From NCBI GenBank assembly GCA_918797485.1, contig CAKKNE010000003.1, positions 2,294,001 to 2,358,000 on the forward strand: a stretch of 64,000 bases of DNA, in the 5' to 3' direction. The notes under the pieces are model-generated. The model worked only from the letters and a program-made list of their open reading frames with translations, had not been told where the DNA came from and did not search any database. A program made the translations under genes and the position numbers. Shown piece by piece: positions 32,110 through 42,607 of the stretch (within the stretch, counting starts at the first letter, position 1; each line of letters opens with the position of its first letter). This DNA is from Pelagomonas calceolata. Lineage: Eukaryota.

Positions 32110-32760
32110 GGTTGTTGAAGGTGGTTGTAGGTGGTGAAAGAGGTTGAAAGTGGAGGGACCGAGGGTGAGTCGGACCTGCGATGGCGGCGGTTAATTCGGA
32201 AGTCCTTTCAGGCGCGCGGCGGGGGCTCTCCTTGCGCGGGGCGCGGGGCGGGGGCTGCCCCGGGCCCCGCCGGGCGGTCGGGGCGCCGTTTGGGCGGGTC
32301 TTTTTTTCGACCGGCAGGCGGTTTTTTCCCTTGGCGCCCAGGGCCCATTGCGCCGCCGCGCGCAATCGGATTGCCGCGGGGCTGCGCCGCGCGGGCTCCC
32401 AGGGGGGCAAGGGGTGTGTGTGGGCGCGCGCCGCGAAAACGGGGCGAAAATGCAGTGCTGGGCGCCGTGGTTTTGCCGATATTGTTTTGGCTTTCGAGAT
32501 GGCGCTGCATTGGTAGAAATCCCACTAGGGTTTTCCACGTGCGGTAAAATTTGGCTCTGTTTGGAGTGTATGAGCCCTCCGCGGCCGGCCTGATCTGTAG
32601 ATTTGTCGATCGGCGGGGCTCGAGGCTGCCCCATTTCTCGCACCAAGTCTCTCGCGGCGGCGGAAGTTCCTCTACGACCGCAAAGGCTGCCTCACGCTTT
32701 GATTCACGCCACCGTGCGTGTGCTGCACGCGCCGCGGCATTGCGACGCTATCTATCGACC

Positions 32761-34413
32761 ATGTTCCAAGGTAGCAGCAAAGCCACAGCCACGGCCGCCG
32801 CCGCCGCCGCGGCCGTCGCCGCCGGCGTCGTCGTCGGCAAGGCCCTGTCTCAAGAGGATGCGCTGCTCCGCCTGCGGCTGCGCCTCGCCCAGTTCTTCAG
32901 AGGCAAGTACACGCTCCGCGACGTTAGAATCCCCGAGAGCCTCCTGCCGCGGGAGCTACGAGGCGCCGCCGACGCCGAGGGCCTCGTGGCCTGCGACGTC
33001 GCCGTCGGAAATGGTGTTATTGATGAGGTCGCGCCGCCGAAGAGTCTGGGGGGCATCGACTGCAACGGTTGTCTGGTCGTCGCGTGCTTCGCCGATTCTC
33101 ACACCCACTTGGTAAAGACGCACGCGCATCCGCGCGCGCGCAACGCGACGGGCTCGATCAACGGTGCTTTAGCGCAGGAGGTCGAGGACCAGCCGCGCTG
33201 GGCGGCCTGTGCGTGTTGCCGGCCCAACGCCTTAACGGGCGGTTCAGATAATGCGGGCGGTCCCCAAGACCAAGTAGTGTGTCCGAAGGCCGACGACGTG
33301 AAGCGGCGCATGGAATTTGCGTTAAAGACGGCCTACGTCCACGGGTCGAAGGCCATCCGGACGCATCTCGACGGCACGGCCGCGGACGATCAAAAACTGG
33401 TGGATACGGTGTATGCGGCGTTCCGGGAACTGAGAGACGAGTACGCGACGAAGGGACTCGTTGTCCAAGGCGTCGCGAACCTCTACTTACCTCTGTGGTC
33501 CGATGAAAATATCGCAAAGCCGTTCGCGGACCGAGCCTTCAAGGAGGGCGCGATATTAGGCGCCTACTGCGGCAACGTCGCCGAGACGACACCGGAGGAG
33601 ACGCTGAAGCACTGCGCGGCGTTATTTACCCACGCCATAAGACTAAAACTGCCGGTCGACTGCCACGTCGATGAGACCAATGATGCGCGGTGCCGCGGTT
33701 TATCGGCGTTAGCTCATGCTTTGCTCGATGCGCGGGCCGTGGGCTACGACCAGCCGGTGGTCTTCGGGCACTGCACGGCGCTCGCGTTGCAGCCGCCTCA
33801 CATACTAAACGCGATCTGCCAAGCTTTAGAACAGTGCAAGCCCGTTTGTATTGTAGTGAACCCCTCCACCAATTTAGGATTGCAAGATAGAAGAGGCTCG
33901 GCGCCGCCGCACTGCGCGTTTATCGATCCGAATGAACCGCGGACGCCGAAGTGGCGCGGCCTCGCCCCGGTCCAAGAGCTTGCTTCGCAGAACATTGATG
34001 TGGCTGCCGCCTCGGACAATGTCAGGGATTGGTGGCACCCCTACGGCGACTACGACCAATTGGAGACCTGGAAGAACGCTGTTACTTTAGGTCATTTGGA
34101 CACGGCGCCGCACGAAGGTCGGTGGGCCGCACTCGTCTCTTCAGCTCCTGCGCGGGCGATGGGCCTCGCCTCGGAGCCCTTCGCCGAAGGCGCGCCCGCG
34201 GACCTCGTGATGTTTCCGAGGGCGCGGCGCGTCTCGGAGCTTTTTGCGCGGCCCCACGGCCTCGGCCGCGTCGTGCTGAGGAAGGGGCGCGTCCAGAGTG
34301 GTACCGTGCCGTCCTACCGCGTTTTGGACGACGTCGTCGCCGAAACGACGCCCCAGCCTCCACCTGATGTCGCGTACGCGCGGGGCGCGGCCAAGAGCGG
34401 GCTGCAGACCTGA
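32761..34413 (+). CDS. Cytosine deaminase-like metallo-amidohydrolase
   Basis: DSHTHLVK, AYVHG..AIRTH.D, D.HVDET, GHC, DNVRDWWHPYG, G.PADLV. Confidence 0.85.
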   Translation: MFQGSSKATATAAAAAAAVAAGVVVGKALSQEDALLRLRLRLAQFFRGKYTLRDVRIPESLLPRELRGAADAEGLVACDVAVGNGVIDEVAPPKSLGGIDCNGCLVVACFADSHTHLVKTHAHPRARNATGSINGALAQEVEDQPRWAACACCRPNALTGGSDNAGGPQDQVVCPKADDVKRRMEFALKTAYVHGSKAIRTHLDGTAADDQKLVDTVYAAFRELRDEYATKGLVVQGVANLYLPLWSDENIAKPFADRAFKEGAILGAYCGNVAETTPEETLKHCAALFTHAIRLKLPVDCHVDETNDARCRGLSALAHALLDARAVGYDQPVVFGHCTALALQPPHILNAICQALEQCKPVCIVVNPSTNLGLQDRRGSAPPHCAFIDPNEPRTPKWRGLAPVQELASQNIDVAAASDNVRDWWHPYGDYDQLETWKNAVTLGHLDTAPHEGRWAALVSSAPARAMGLASEPFAEGAPADLVMFPRARRVSELFARPHGLGRVVLRKGRVQSGTVPSYRVLDDVVAETTPQPPPDVAYARGAAKSGLQT

Positions 34414-34506
34414 GTTCAGTTCCTCCTTTTGTTTTGTACATATAAGACTGGTTCCCTGGGTTTTTGACGTCGCGTCGCGTGTTCTACACATCAACTTAAC
34501 AGGGGC

Positions 34507-36339
34507 TCACGACGCCTGACCGAGCGCCTCCAGCACGTAGTCCAGGTTCTCGGCCAGGAGGTGCAGCATGAACCGCTGCGCCGCGGGCTCTCCCCCGGGC
34601 TTCGACGGCTCGTCGGCGCTCCCGGTCGTCGCGGGCACGGTCTCCCGCCCGATGTTCGGCGCCGCGATCGCGCGCCGCAGCCGCGACCGCAGCAGCTCCG
34701 CGACGCGCCGCGGCGCCGCGTCGTCGCGCAACGCCGCGACGCTCGCCGGCAATTTGAGAGACCCGGCGAGGGCCACGCGCCGCGCCAGCGCCGCCACGGC
34801 GACGTGCGCGTCCAAATTCAACACGAGCGCGTCGTAGCCGGCGTCTGCGTCCTTGTCCATGCTCGCGAAGCGGTCCCGCAGCGCCGTCGCGACCAAGTCG
34901 TCGATCCCAGCAGGATTCGCCACTAGTTCCCGGCCGAGGCAGTCGAGGACGGCGCCGCAGGCGTCGCCCTTCTTGAAGCACGCTGATAGTAGAGACGTTC
35001 TGCGTCCGTCGTCGGACACCGTCGCGAGCAAGCCGGCGAGGGCCGGCCGCGCGGCCCGCCGGGCCCGCGGGTCCGCCGCGCGCGCCGCGACCCGCGCCAG
35101 CCGCCGCGCGCAGCGCCGCTCCAGAATCTCGTCCCGATTCATTTTAAGAGGGTTCGCCTCGACGAGCGCCCGCAGGAGTTGGGCGCCGGCGGCCGCGGCG
35201 CCGGCCTCGGACTGCGCATGTCTAGACAATAAACGAGCCGCCAGCGGCGCGACGAGGCGCCACTCGTGCGCGCGCGCCAGGGGCCCCGCGAACCCGTTCT
35301 CGCGAGCCACCAGCCGCGCAATTCCGGTGAGCGACCACCGCAGGTCCGGATCCGGCTTTGCGCCGAGAGCGGAGGCATGCCGGTCGCGTCTCACTAACCG
35401 TCGCCCGTCGCACTCCGAGTCCTGTGACGATGAGTCCCACCGGCCCGAGTCTGAGGACGCGGAGTCGCCGCTCGACGAGGACGACGCGTGCCCCGTCGAC
35501 TCTTTGGTAGGCAGCTCCTCGGGCCGCGCGCCCAGCCCGAGGCAGCGCTCCTTGTGGGCGGCTTTTTCCTCTTCGAAGCGCTTCCGTCGCCGTCGTGCTC
35601 TCGCTAATCTCCGCGGCCGGTGCTGCGACGCGACACTTAGCAGTCGGTGCGGTTCTACATCACAAGCCCTTATTATGGACCACAATCGGGGCGCGTAGTC
35701 GTCCGGCAGGGCGTCCCACGCCGCGAGTTTGAGCGCGAGCCGCACCGCGACGCATCGACACGTCTCGCACTTTTGTGATAGTAATGAAGCGACTCCGAAC
35801 ACCTTGGCCGCGGCGACATCCGCATCGACCTCCAGCCCACCTACATCGTCGTCCTCCTCAACCACCAGATCACTGTCCAGGGCCTTCCGCGCGGCCTTCT
35901 GCCGCGCCGACACGGCCAAACAAGCCGTGCGCCACACCGCGCTGCCGGCGCGCGGCGCGACAGACGCCGCGCGCTCCATCGTCACGCGCTCGAGGCATGC
36001 GTGTAATTCATCAACAAGCCAGCACCACGTCGCCTGATGGCCGCAGCGGGTCAGTTCCGGCTGCAGCGCCATGGCGTACTCGCGCGGCGTCAGCGCGTCT
36101 CTAGCTCTTGCCGCGACGGACCGCGCCGTTTCGTCATTGTTCGCGCAGTTGACGGCAAGCCCGCCGAGCACGTCCCAGAGCTGGCCCGCGAGCGTCTCGC
36201 CGTCCAAAGAGTTCAGAGCTGCGAGCGTCTCGGCGTCGAGGGCCTCCGGTGCTGCCGGGCGCGCTGGTGCTTGCTGGTGCTGCTCGTCGTCGTCGTCGCT
36301 CCACGGCTCGTAATCTTCCTGTTCGCTGTCGCTGCTCAT
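34507..36339 (-). CDS. Hypothetical alpha-helical protein
   Basis: 610-aa ATG-initiated ORF; no recognised motif. Confidence 0.6.
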   Translation of the reverse strand: MSSDSEQEDYEPWSDDDDEQHQQAPARPAAPEALDAETLAALNSLDGETLAGQLWDVLGGLAVNCANNDETARSVAARARDALTPREYAMALQPELTRCGHQATWCWLVDELHACLERVTMERAASVAPRAGSAVWRTACLAVSARQKAARKALDSDLVVEEDDDVGGLEVDADVAAAKVFGVASLLSQKCETCRCVAVRLALKLAAWDALPDDYAPRLWSIIRACDVEPHRLLSVASQHRPRRLARARRRRKRFEEEKAAHKERCLGLGARPEELPTKESTGHASSSSSGDSASSDSGRWDSSSQDSECDGRRLVRRDRHASALGAKPDPDLRWSLTGIARLVARENGFAGPLARAHEWRLVAPLAARLLSRHAQSEAGAAAAGAQLLRALVEANPLKMNRDEILERRCARRLARVAARAADPRARRAARPALAGLLATVSDDGRRTSLLSACFKKGDACGAVLDCLGRELVANPAGIDDLVATALRDRFASMDKDADAGYDALVLNLDAHVAVAALARRVALAGSLKLPASVAALRDDAAPRRVAELLRSRLRRAIAAPNIGRETVPATTGSADEPSKPGGEPAAQRFMLHLLAENLDYVLEALGQAS

Positions 36340-36502
36340 TTTGGTGATTTTGGTGAGGCTGTGTTTGTGAGGCTGTATTGGCCGCGCGAGCGCACAGCTG
36401 TCGAAATCGCTCCTAATTCCGATCGATGCGAGTCGTGCGCTTGCGTATGCGCGCGTATTAGCCTTTTTGGCCGCTTTTCAAGCCGGAGCGCGTCCAGCCT
36501 CG

Positions 36503-36524
36503 CTAGCGTGCAGTAAGACACTAG
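36503..36524. promoter_or_regulatory. Recurrent CTAG-bounded intergenic motif
   Basis: CTAGCGTGCAGTAAGACACTAG between divergent genes. Confidence 0.5.
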
Positions 36525-36694
36525 CAAACAAGCAAGCTCGACTTTGGCGGCCCGTCGCGCGCTCCTACGGACGTGCTGAGCCTGCTGTGTTTGTGCACGC
36601 AGGTCTACGTCCCTCAAGTTTACGAATCTGCATCGGTGCCGCCTGCGCATCGCGCCGAAGCGACAAATCGCCAGCAGTCCTCAAATCAGCAGCC

Positions 36695-37711
36695 ATGGCC
36701 GCGATCGACGCCGCCCTCGCGTCGGGCAAAGACGTCGTCGACGCTTCAATAGCATCAAGAGAAGCCGAGCTCGCGGAACGAGGCGAGTTCACGTACGTCC
36801 TCATCCCGCACGAGGCGCACAGGCCGATGGTCGAGTACAAGCACCCGAAGAACACGACGCTGGAAGATGACGATTTACGAGAAGCGCTGAAGCTCCACTT
36901 CTCTAACAGTGGCACGCTGACGGAAGAGCAATTAGCCGCGTACTGCCTAAGCCTCAAGCAGCAGATCCACGCCAAGGACCCGGAGTGCGAGGTGCGGGAC
37001 CGGGATTTGTTAGCTGTCGCTCACGGTGTCTCCGTGGACACCTTCGCACTAACCGTACCGGACAAGGAGCACCAGCGCGCTGTCAGTTTGTATTGCGACG
37101 ACAAGGGCCACGCGAAGAACGCGCCGGTCAATGCGCGAGCCTGCGGCCTCGCGCGGGCCTGCGGCCACGCGGACCAGCAGTTCCGGGGGGATTGTTTCGT
37201 TTCCAGGTATTTTGACGACGAGGACGCGTGGCTTCGGGAAGACTTCACGATTGAAGATATGAAGAGTGACGCTCCGTGGGTTAAGGATCAAAAGAGCATC
37301 TCCAAGAAGTCGCCGGGCGGCATGGCGTCGCTGTCCGACATGTACGCGAAGTTGGGTCAGGCGAACAGTGGTCAAGCACCGGTCAAGTTCGACCAGAGCG
37401 AGGAGGAGAAGCGCATCCTAGCGCTGGAACGGGGCGGCGACGGCTACACCTGGACGCAGACGCAGACGGAGGTCGAGGTTAGGGTTTATGTACCTTCTGG
37501 TACTCGAGGCAAGGACGTGACCGTGTCCATCAAACGGAACGCGTTGATCGTGAAGCACGGGGCTTCATCTCTATTGCATGTTGATAGATTGACAGCCCCG
37601 ATCGACGTCGACGAGTCGACGTGGTACATGGGCGACGACTGCGTGATCTGCGCGCTCGAGAAAGCCCGATCGGGGGCCTGGGACGAGATCGGGGACCGGG
37701 CGTTGAAGTAA
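36695..37711 (+). CDS. CS (p23/NudC-like) domain protein
   Basis: YTWTQTQTEVEVRV.VP.GT.GKDV.V.I...L...IDVDESTW......LEK. Confidence 0.8.
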   Translation: MAAIDAALASGKDVVDASIASREAELAERGEFTYVLIPHEAHRPMVEYKHPKNTTLEDDDLREALKLHFSNSGTLTEEQLAAYCLSLKQQIHAKDPECEVRDRDLLAVAHGVSVDTFALTVPDKEHQRAVSLYCDDKGHAKNAPVNARACGLARACGHADQQFRGDCFVSRYFDDEDAWLREDFTIEDMKSDAPWVKDQKSISKKSPGGMASLSDMYAKLGQANSGQAPVKFDQSEEEKRILALERGGDGYTWTQTQTEVEVRVYVPSGTRGKDVTVSIKRNALIVKHGASSLLHVDRLTAPIDVDESTWYMGDDCVICALEKARSGAWDEIGDRALK

Positions 37712-38024
37712 GTAACTTGTGGTATCGGATTTGCTGTGCTCGTAGGCTCGCGCGGTGGCGCCGGAAGTGTGAGACGTTGGCACGACGGCGTGAGGCTCGA
37801 CCGCACGCCTCGTGAGACCTCGAGCAGGCCCCCGACGGCGCCACGGCGTCGCGGCGCGCGTGCGGGTCCGGCGCTGCAAACCACAAACCGCTGGCGCTGC
37901 AAAGCTGCCCGGCGGCCCTCCACGCCACCGCCGGCGCGCCGCACGGCAGCCCGCGCGCCGCCAACGTCTCCAAGCGCGCGCATCGGTGCCGCGCCTGAAG
38001 AAAGGGCAGCGTTCATCACACACC

Positions 38025-39560
38025 ATGAGGCTCAAAGGGCTGGCCTTCAGCGCCGCGGCGGCGGCGACGAGCAGCGCCCACTCCGACGGGAGGGAGCTGG
38101 CCGCCGCCGCCCACACCGACGACCACGCTTCAGCCGAATGCCACGACAGCCACTACCCCTGCGCGGCGCTATCGCATAGCTGCGAGGAGTCGTGCGCGCA
38201 CCACACGTACACGTTCCACTACTGCGAGGAGGCGTGCCACGTTTGTGAAGATCACGGTTGTGTGGACCGGTGGCTCGACGAGGACGACGCGGGCGCGCAC
38301 GGCGATCGGGAGTACTACTACGTCGATAGCATTTGCGCTTTATTCCTGATGGCCGCGACGTTCTTATTTGAACACATCATGCACGCCCTTCATAAGAAAG
38401 CCCACCACCTCCCGCCCCTACAAACGGAGAAGTCGACGCAGATCCACGACAAGATCGCTGGTTTACTCCACAAGCGCGCTTTGGCGAACAACTACGAGGC
38501 CCTCTTCCCGAAGCGCGAGACGCGGGCGCAACGACAAAAGCGGAGACACGAGGCCGAGTTGAAGCACATCGAGCACGGCATCGGGAAGCGGCGGAACTAC
38601 GTCATGGACCTGTTTCAGAGGATGGAGTCGGAACTCGCGGTCTTAGGTTTTATTTCGTTTGCCTTATTCGTGGCGCATAAGTTCGAGGCGAGCCACGCCG
38701 TCGCGAAACGGACCAAGGACTCGAAGTGGTTCCCCCAGACGCACCACCAATTAGATCATGTGGTGCACGTCGCGCACGTCGCGCTGTTTCTGGGCATGGT
38801 GCTCTATTTTAGTATACAGTACCTCGCGGCTCGATTAGCTGTGTATGCGAACCAGCGGTTCTTGTTGCATGCGTCGGCTTTAGCTACCCAAAGAGCAGGT
38901 GGGAGTGTGGAAGAAACGCGGGAACTACGGTGGTACGCGACGTTACGAGACAGGTTCATCACGGTGGCCAAGACAGAAGATGACTTTCCGTTTCAATTGT
39001 ACTTGAGATTGTATCAAGATGATGTGATGTACGAGATGGTCAATCCTAAAGATTCTACTTGGTTGTGTGCCATGGTCTTGCATGCGGCCGAGGCTCTAGT
39101 TTGTAGGTTCGTGGCCGAACATCACATTGTCGGTTATGTCGAGGCTGCGTTATCTACATTGATCATTGCCGTAGCAGTATTCACCCTGTACACGTTAACC
39201 ACACCAACAACGAAGAACTGGAAAGTAAGCGTCAACGGCGAATATTTTATAGTGAACGCGCTGCAGTCTCTGGTCTTGTGCAACTCCTACCGCTTCGCTA
39301 GGGCCGTGCTCCACTCGTCAATAGCGTGGTACAACGTCTACGTCGTCTTCACGATCATATGCGTCTGTCCCCTGCTCGTCGTCTTCGGCAACGTGTTGCT
39401 GCGCGTGCCGCCCTTCCTCGACGCTTCTGATTTTGAGGTCATCGAGGCCGTGGCCGCCTTCAAGGCTCGGGTCGCCGGCGACGCGCCGCCCAGCGAAATC
39501 AACTTCATGAAGGCCGAGTCGAGGGCGTCGATGACCAAGGTCGCCCCGACCGACGAGTAA
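38025..39560 (+). CDS. MLO-like multi-pass membrane protein with His/Cys-rich N-terminal domain
   Basis: Signal peptide; ATFLFEHIMHAL, LFQRMESELAVLGFISFALF, HVAHVALF and FPFQLYLR resemble MLO conserved blocks; about 7 hydrophobic segments. Confidence 0.6.
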   Translation: MRLKGLAFSAAAAATSSAHSDGRELAAAAHTDDHASAECHDSHYPCAALSHSCEESCAHHTYTFHYCEEACHVCEDHGCVDRWLDEDDAGAHGDREYYYVDSICALFLMAATFLFEHIMHALHKKAHHLPPLQTEKSTQIHDKIAGLLHKRALANNYEALFPKRETRAQRQKRRHEAELKHIEHGIGKRRNYVMDLFQRMESELAVLGFISFALFVAHKFEASHAVAKRTKDSKWFPQTHHQLDHVVHVAHVALFLGMVLYFSIQYLAARLAVYANQRFLLHASALATQRAGGSVEETRELRWYATLRDRFITVAKTEDDFPFQLYLRLYQDDVMYEMVNPKDSTWLCAMVLHAAEALVCRFVAEHHIVGYVEAALSTLIIAVAVFTLYTLTTPTTKNWKVSVNGEYFIVNALQSLVLCNSYRFARAVLHSSIAWYNVYVVFTIICVCPLLVVFGNVLLRVPPFLDASDFEVIEAVAAFKARVAGDAPPSEINFMKAESRASMTKVAPTDE

Positions 39561-39573
39561 ATCGCATCGAATG

Positions 39574-40074
39574 TTATTTACGCATGATACATTTCACATG
39601 TTTGAGTTCGTAGGACCTCCAAGTTGGACTTGGCTGCCTCAGGCGGAAACGTAACGAGCCGACCGGCAGGCCTTCGTCGTCGCCCGCGGCCACGCCGCAG
39701 AGGCCCGAATCGAAATTCGTGAAGTCGCTCGTCGCGAGCGTCGTCGTGGCCTGCGCGTCGTCCTCGCAGTGCGCGTCGCGCATGAGGTGTTTCTCCCGCA
39801 GCACCGGGACCCAGACCAGGCCTTCCGGCCGCGCCTGGCGCTGCATCACACTAATGGAGGCGACGTAGTGGTTTCTAAAACTGATAGCGTCGAGGCGCGG
39901 CGCGGCGCCCGCGGCTTTTATGACTGCCTCGGCGTCGAAAGTTATGTCCTGGTACACGGGGCAGGGCTCGTCGCTCCTTGCTTTCAGCGGCGCGTCGCAG
40001 CGGCAGGGGAGCTGGATGTTTTGCTCATCAGTATCGCTTTTCGGAGAGGTCACGGGGATGACGCGGGCTGCCAT
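39574..40074 (-). CDS. NICN1: Nicolin-1 (tubulin polyglutamylase complex subunit)
   Basis: ISFRNHYVASISV, WVPVLREKHLMRDAHCEDDAQ and LRFRLRQPSPTW match nicolin-1 motifs. Confidence 0.8.
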   Translation of the reverse strand: MAARVIPVTSPKSDTDEQNIQLPCRCDAPLKARSDEPCPVYQDITFDAEAVIKAAGAAPRLDAISFRNHYVASISVMQRQARPEGLVWVPVLREKHLMRDAHCEDDAQATTTLATSDFTNFDSGLCGVAAGDDEGLPVGSLRFRLRQPSPTWRSYELKHVKCIMRK

Positions 40075-40236
40075 TGGAGTGCTGCCCCCCAGGCTTCCTA
40101 CAAGTCTGAAAAGCAGCTCTGCGGGTACCAGCAGTCGCGTGTGGACAGAGTCGCGTCCGCTGGGACCGCTGCTCGTCCGCACCACCGGTCGAGGCGTAGG
40201 AAAGCAGCTCTTCGTCCAACCTGCCGGTTTTACGAG

Positions 40237-40256
40237 CTAGTGTAGACAGACACTAG
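40237..40256. promoter_or_regulatory. Recurrent CTAG-bounded intergenic motif (variant)
   Basis: CTAGTGTAGACAGACACTAG between divergent genes. Confidence 0.4.
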
Positions 40257-40424
40257 GTTTGCACGCTACTGTCGCTACACGCCACAGCGCTCGTCAAAAA
40301 CGCGCGTCGACACCCTAGCTTTACCCTCCTGGTCGGCCGCGACACGCTGCCGCAGCGCTGATTGGCTAGAAGCGCGTCATCCATGCGCCTTCGAAGCAGG
40401 CCGTAGGGGCTGCCCCGCGACGGA

Positions 40425-41567
40425 ATGGCAGCTTTCCCAGAGGAGCCCTATGGGGTGGCGGGCTTCCATCAGCTCCGTGCGCCCGGTTTCGGAATGGCAG
40501 CGCCCGGCTTCGACTACTCGAGCTCCGACTCCGAGTCGACGGACAGCGGCTTCGAGCGAGGCGGCTCCCTGTCGACGGACAGCGACGCGAGCGACAGTGA
40601 AGACTCGCTCACGACGGCGACGACGACGCGCCGCACGCTCAACGACGACGAGGACTGGTGGCGCGAAGGAAGGGCAGCTTTAGATGCGGCGGCGGCCGCG
40701 GCGGCGCCGGCCGAGGCCCTCGCGGGCGCCATGCGCGAGTACGGGGCCGACGCGCGGCTCGCCGTGCGCGGCGCGCATCGGCTGGAGGCGCACTACGCGT
40801 CTGGAGGTTTGGAGGGCTGTACGAATGCGACGCGCGAGGCGTCGGTCGTGGCGACGGAGCTTTTGGGAGCGCTGCGACGGGCGGACTCGAGCGGCGCGTC
40901 GGCGCTGCAGGCGTGCGCGGCGGCCTGCGCGTCATCCAGACCGAGCGGCGGGGCCGTGTTTATTGATAGATTAGCGGCGCACGGCGGTCTGGCCTGCGTG
41001 CTCGAGACGCTATCTACGCATCCAGATGACGTAGACGTGCAGCGCGCCGGGCTCGGGATCCTGGGCCACGCGCGCCTTTTGGATCGAGAAGCTTCCGTTA
41101 GATTAAGTGCGCCGCGGGCCGTGGACGCGGCGCTAGAAGCGCTGAGCCGCCACAAGGGCGATCCTAAACTTGTGGGTCTGGCGGCGCTGGCGTTGTATAA
41201 TGCGGCCCACGCCGACATGGGCGCGGCGGCGACCGTCGCCGGCGAGTGCCGTTTGATAGTGGCGTCGTTGCAGGGGTGCGAGGCGGAGTCGGCGCGGGCG
41301 GCGGGCTGCTGGGCCTTGGGTGCTCTCGCGGCGCTCGAGGGCCTCCGCGAGAGCGGGGAGCGGGTCTCGCTCGCGGCGGCCGTGAAGAAGGCGGGCGCCT
41401 TCGAGCTCTTCGCCGAGACCCTGGCCCGGTTCCCGGCGTCGTCGCTCGCGCACCGCAACGCGACGCTGGCGCGGGGCCAGCTGCGGGACGCGCTCGACCG
41501 CCCCGAGCCGCCCTTGAATACGCAAGAGAAGTGGCCCATGTTCGGCACGCACTGTGTAATGTCCTAA
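40425..41567 (+). CDS. Armadillo-like repeat protein with C-terminal CaaX (CVMS)
   Basis: GGLACVLETLSTHPDDVDVQRAGLGIL, AGCWALGAL; ends THCVMS*. Confidence 0.65.
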   Translation: MAAFPEEPYGVAGFHQLRAPGFGMAAPGFDYSSSDSESTDSGFERGGSLSTDSDASDSEDSLTTATTTRRTLNDDEDWWREGRAALDAAAAAAAPAEALAGAMREYGADARLAVRGAHRLEAHYASGGLEGCTNATREASVVATELLGALRRADSSGASALQACAAACASSRPSGGAVFIDRLAAHGGLACVLETLSTHPDDVDVQRAGLGILGHARLLDREASVRLSAPRAVDAALEALSRHKGDPKLVGLAALALYNAAHADMGAAATVAGECRLIVASLQGCEAESARAAGCWALGALAALEGLRESGERVSLAAAVKKAGAFELFAETLARFPASSLAHRNATLARGQLRDALDRPEPPLNTQEKWPMFGTHCVMS

Positions 41568-42607
41568 ACTTGATATTTTAGCTCGTCGCCGCGCAGGAAC
41601 GCGGCGATCGACGCGCACGCCGTGTCGACGAGCCGCCTCCTTGATTGGTCCGTCGCCCACGCGGTATGTGGCGTGACGAAACATCTGTCGTGCGCGATGA
41701 GCGCCGCGCCCGGCGAGTCTCTTCGAGGCGGCTCTTCGGCTAAGACGTCGAGATACGCCGCCGCGAGTCCGTCGTTTCTGAGCGCGGCGAGGAGCGCGCC
41801 CTCGTCGACGATGGGGCCTCGCGCCGTGTTGATGAAGCAACAGCTCGGTTTCAACGCGTCGAGAAACGCCGCGTCGACGAGGTTCTCCGTCTCCGGCGCG
41901 AGAGGGACATGTAAAGACACAAAATCAGCGTCCGCCAGCGCCGCGTCCAGGGATCGCCGGTCGCGCGCCGAGACCACGCGCACGTCGGCGCCCAGCGCAC
42001 CCGCCGCGGTGGCCACGGCCGTGCCCGTCGCGCCGCCGCCGACCACGACGAAGACGCTGTCCGCTATTTCGATCGTGCGCTCGGGGAAGCAGCAGAAGTC
42101 CGGCGAGTTGAGCCAGGCCCCACCCTTGACGGCGGCGCTCTGGCGGTGGATTTTGTTCGTGAAATCCAAAACGCACGCGATGGCGTGCTGCGCGACGCTC
42201 GGCGTCGAATACGCGGGGACGTTCGTGACGGCGACGCCACGCTTTTCGCAGGCTTCCAGGTCCACGTTGTTCACGCCCGTCGCCGTGACGCTGACGAGGC
42301 CCAGTGAAGGGACGGCGCTCAGGAGACTGTCGGTGACCAGCACCTTGTTGACCACCGCAACATCAGCTCCGCTCAGCCTTTCGACGACGTCGCTGGGCGC
42401 CGTCCGGTCGTACACCACTAGTTCGTCGCCGGCCCGCAGCGCCGGCCGCCACGCGGCGTCCCTGTCGCCGAAGACGCCGGCCGTCGCGGTGTAGGCGTCG
42501 AGGACGACGACTTTTGCCGGTGGTCGCAATGCTTCCGTGGTTGCAGCCGAGAACGCGCAGAGCAGCAGCATTTTGCGCTGCTGCATTCGCACGTAGTCGA
42601 TGCGCAT
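41564..42607 (-). CDS. D-2-hydroxyacid (glycerate/hydroxypyruvate reductase-like) dehydrogenase
   Basis: TATGVNNVDL, VTNVPAYSTPSVAQH, GGGATG, SLHVPL.PET, INTARG.IVDE, LDVL.EEPP, TPHTAW; hydrophobic N-terminal leader (alternative ATG 42571). Confidence 0.9.
   Translation of the reverse strand: MRIDYVRMQQRKMLLLCAFSAATTEALRPPAKVVVLDAYTATAGVFGDRDAAWRPALRAGDELVVYDRTAPSDVVERLSGADVAVVNKVLVTDSLLSAVPSLGLVSVTATGVNNVDLEACEKRGVAVTNVPAYSTPSVAQHAIACVLDFTNKIHRQSAAVKGGAWLNSPDFCCFPERTIEIADSVFVVVGGGATGTAVATAAGALGADVRVVSARDRRSLDAALADADFVSLHVPLAPETENLVDAAFLDALKPSCCFINTARGPIVDEGALLAALRNDGLAAAYLDVLAEEPPRRDSPGAALIAHDRCFVTPHTAWATDQSRRRLVDTACASIAAFLRGDELKYQV

Noticed and set aside
30661..32118. 485-aa plus-strand ORF and other long ORFs overlapping alpha-tubulin
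   Set aside because: Antisense and alternative-frame shadows produced by extreme GC3 codon bias; no independent motifs
9881..40074. Possible ciliary gene cluster (dynein, IQ protein, tubulin, NICN1)
   Set aside because: Interspersed with unrelated genes; plausible by chance in a flagellate genome
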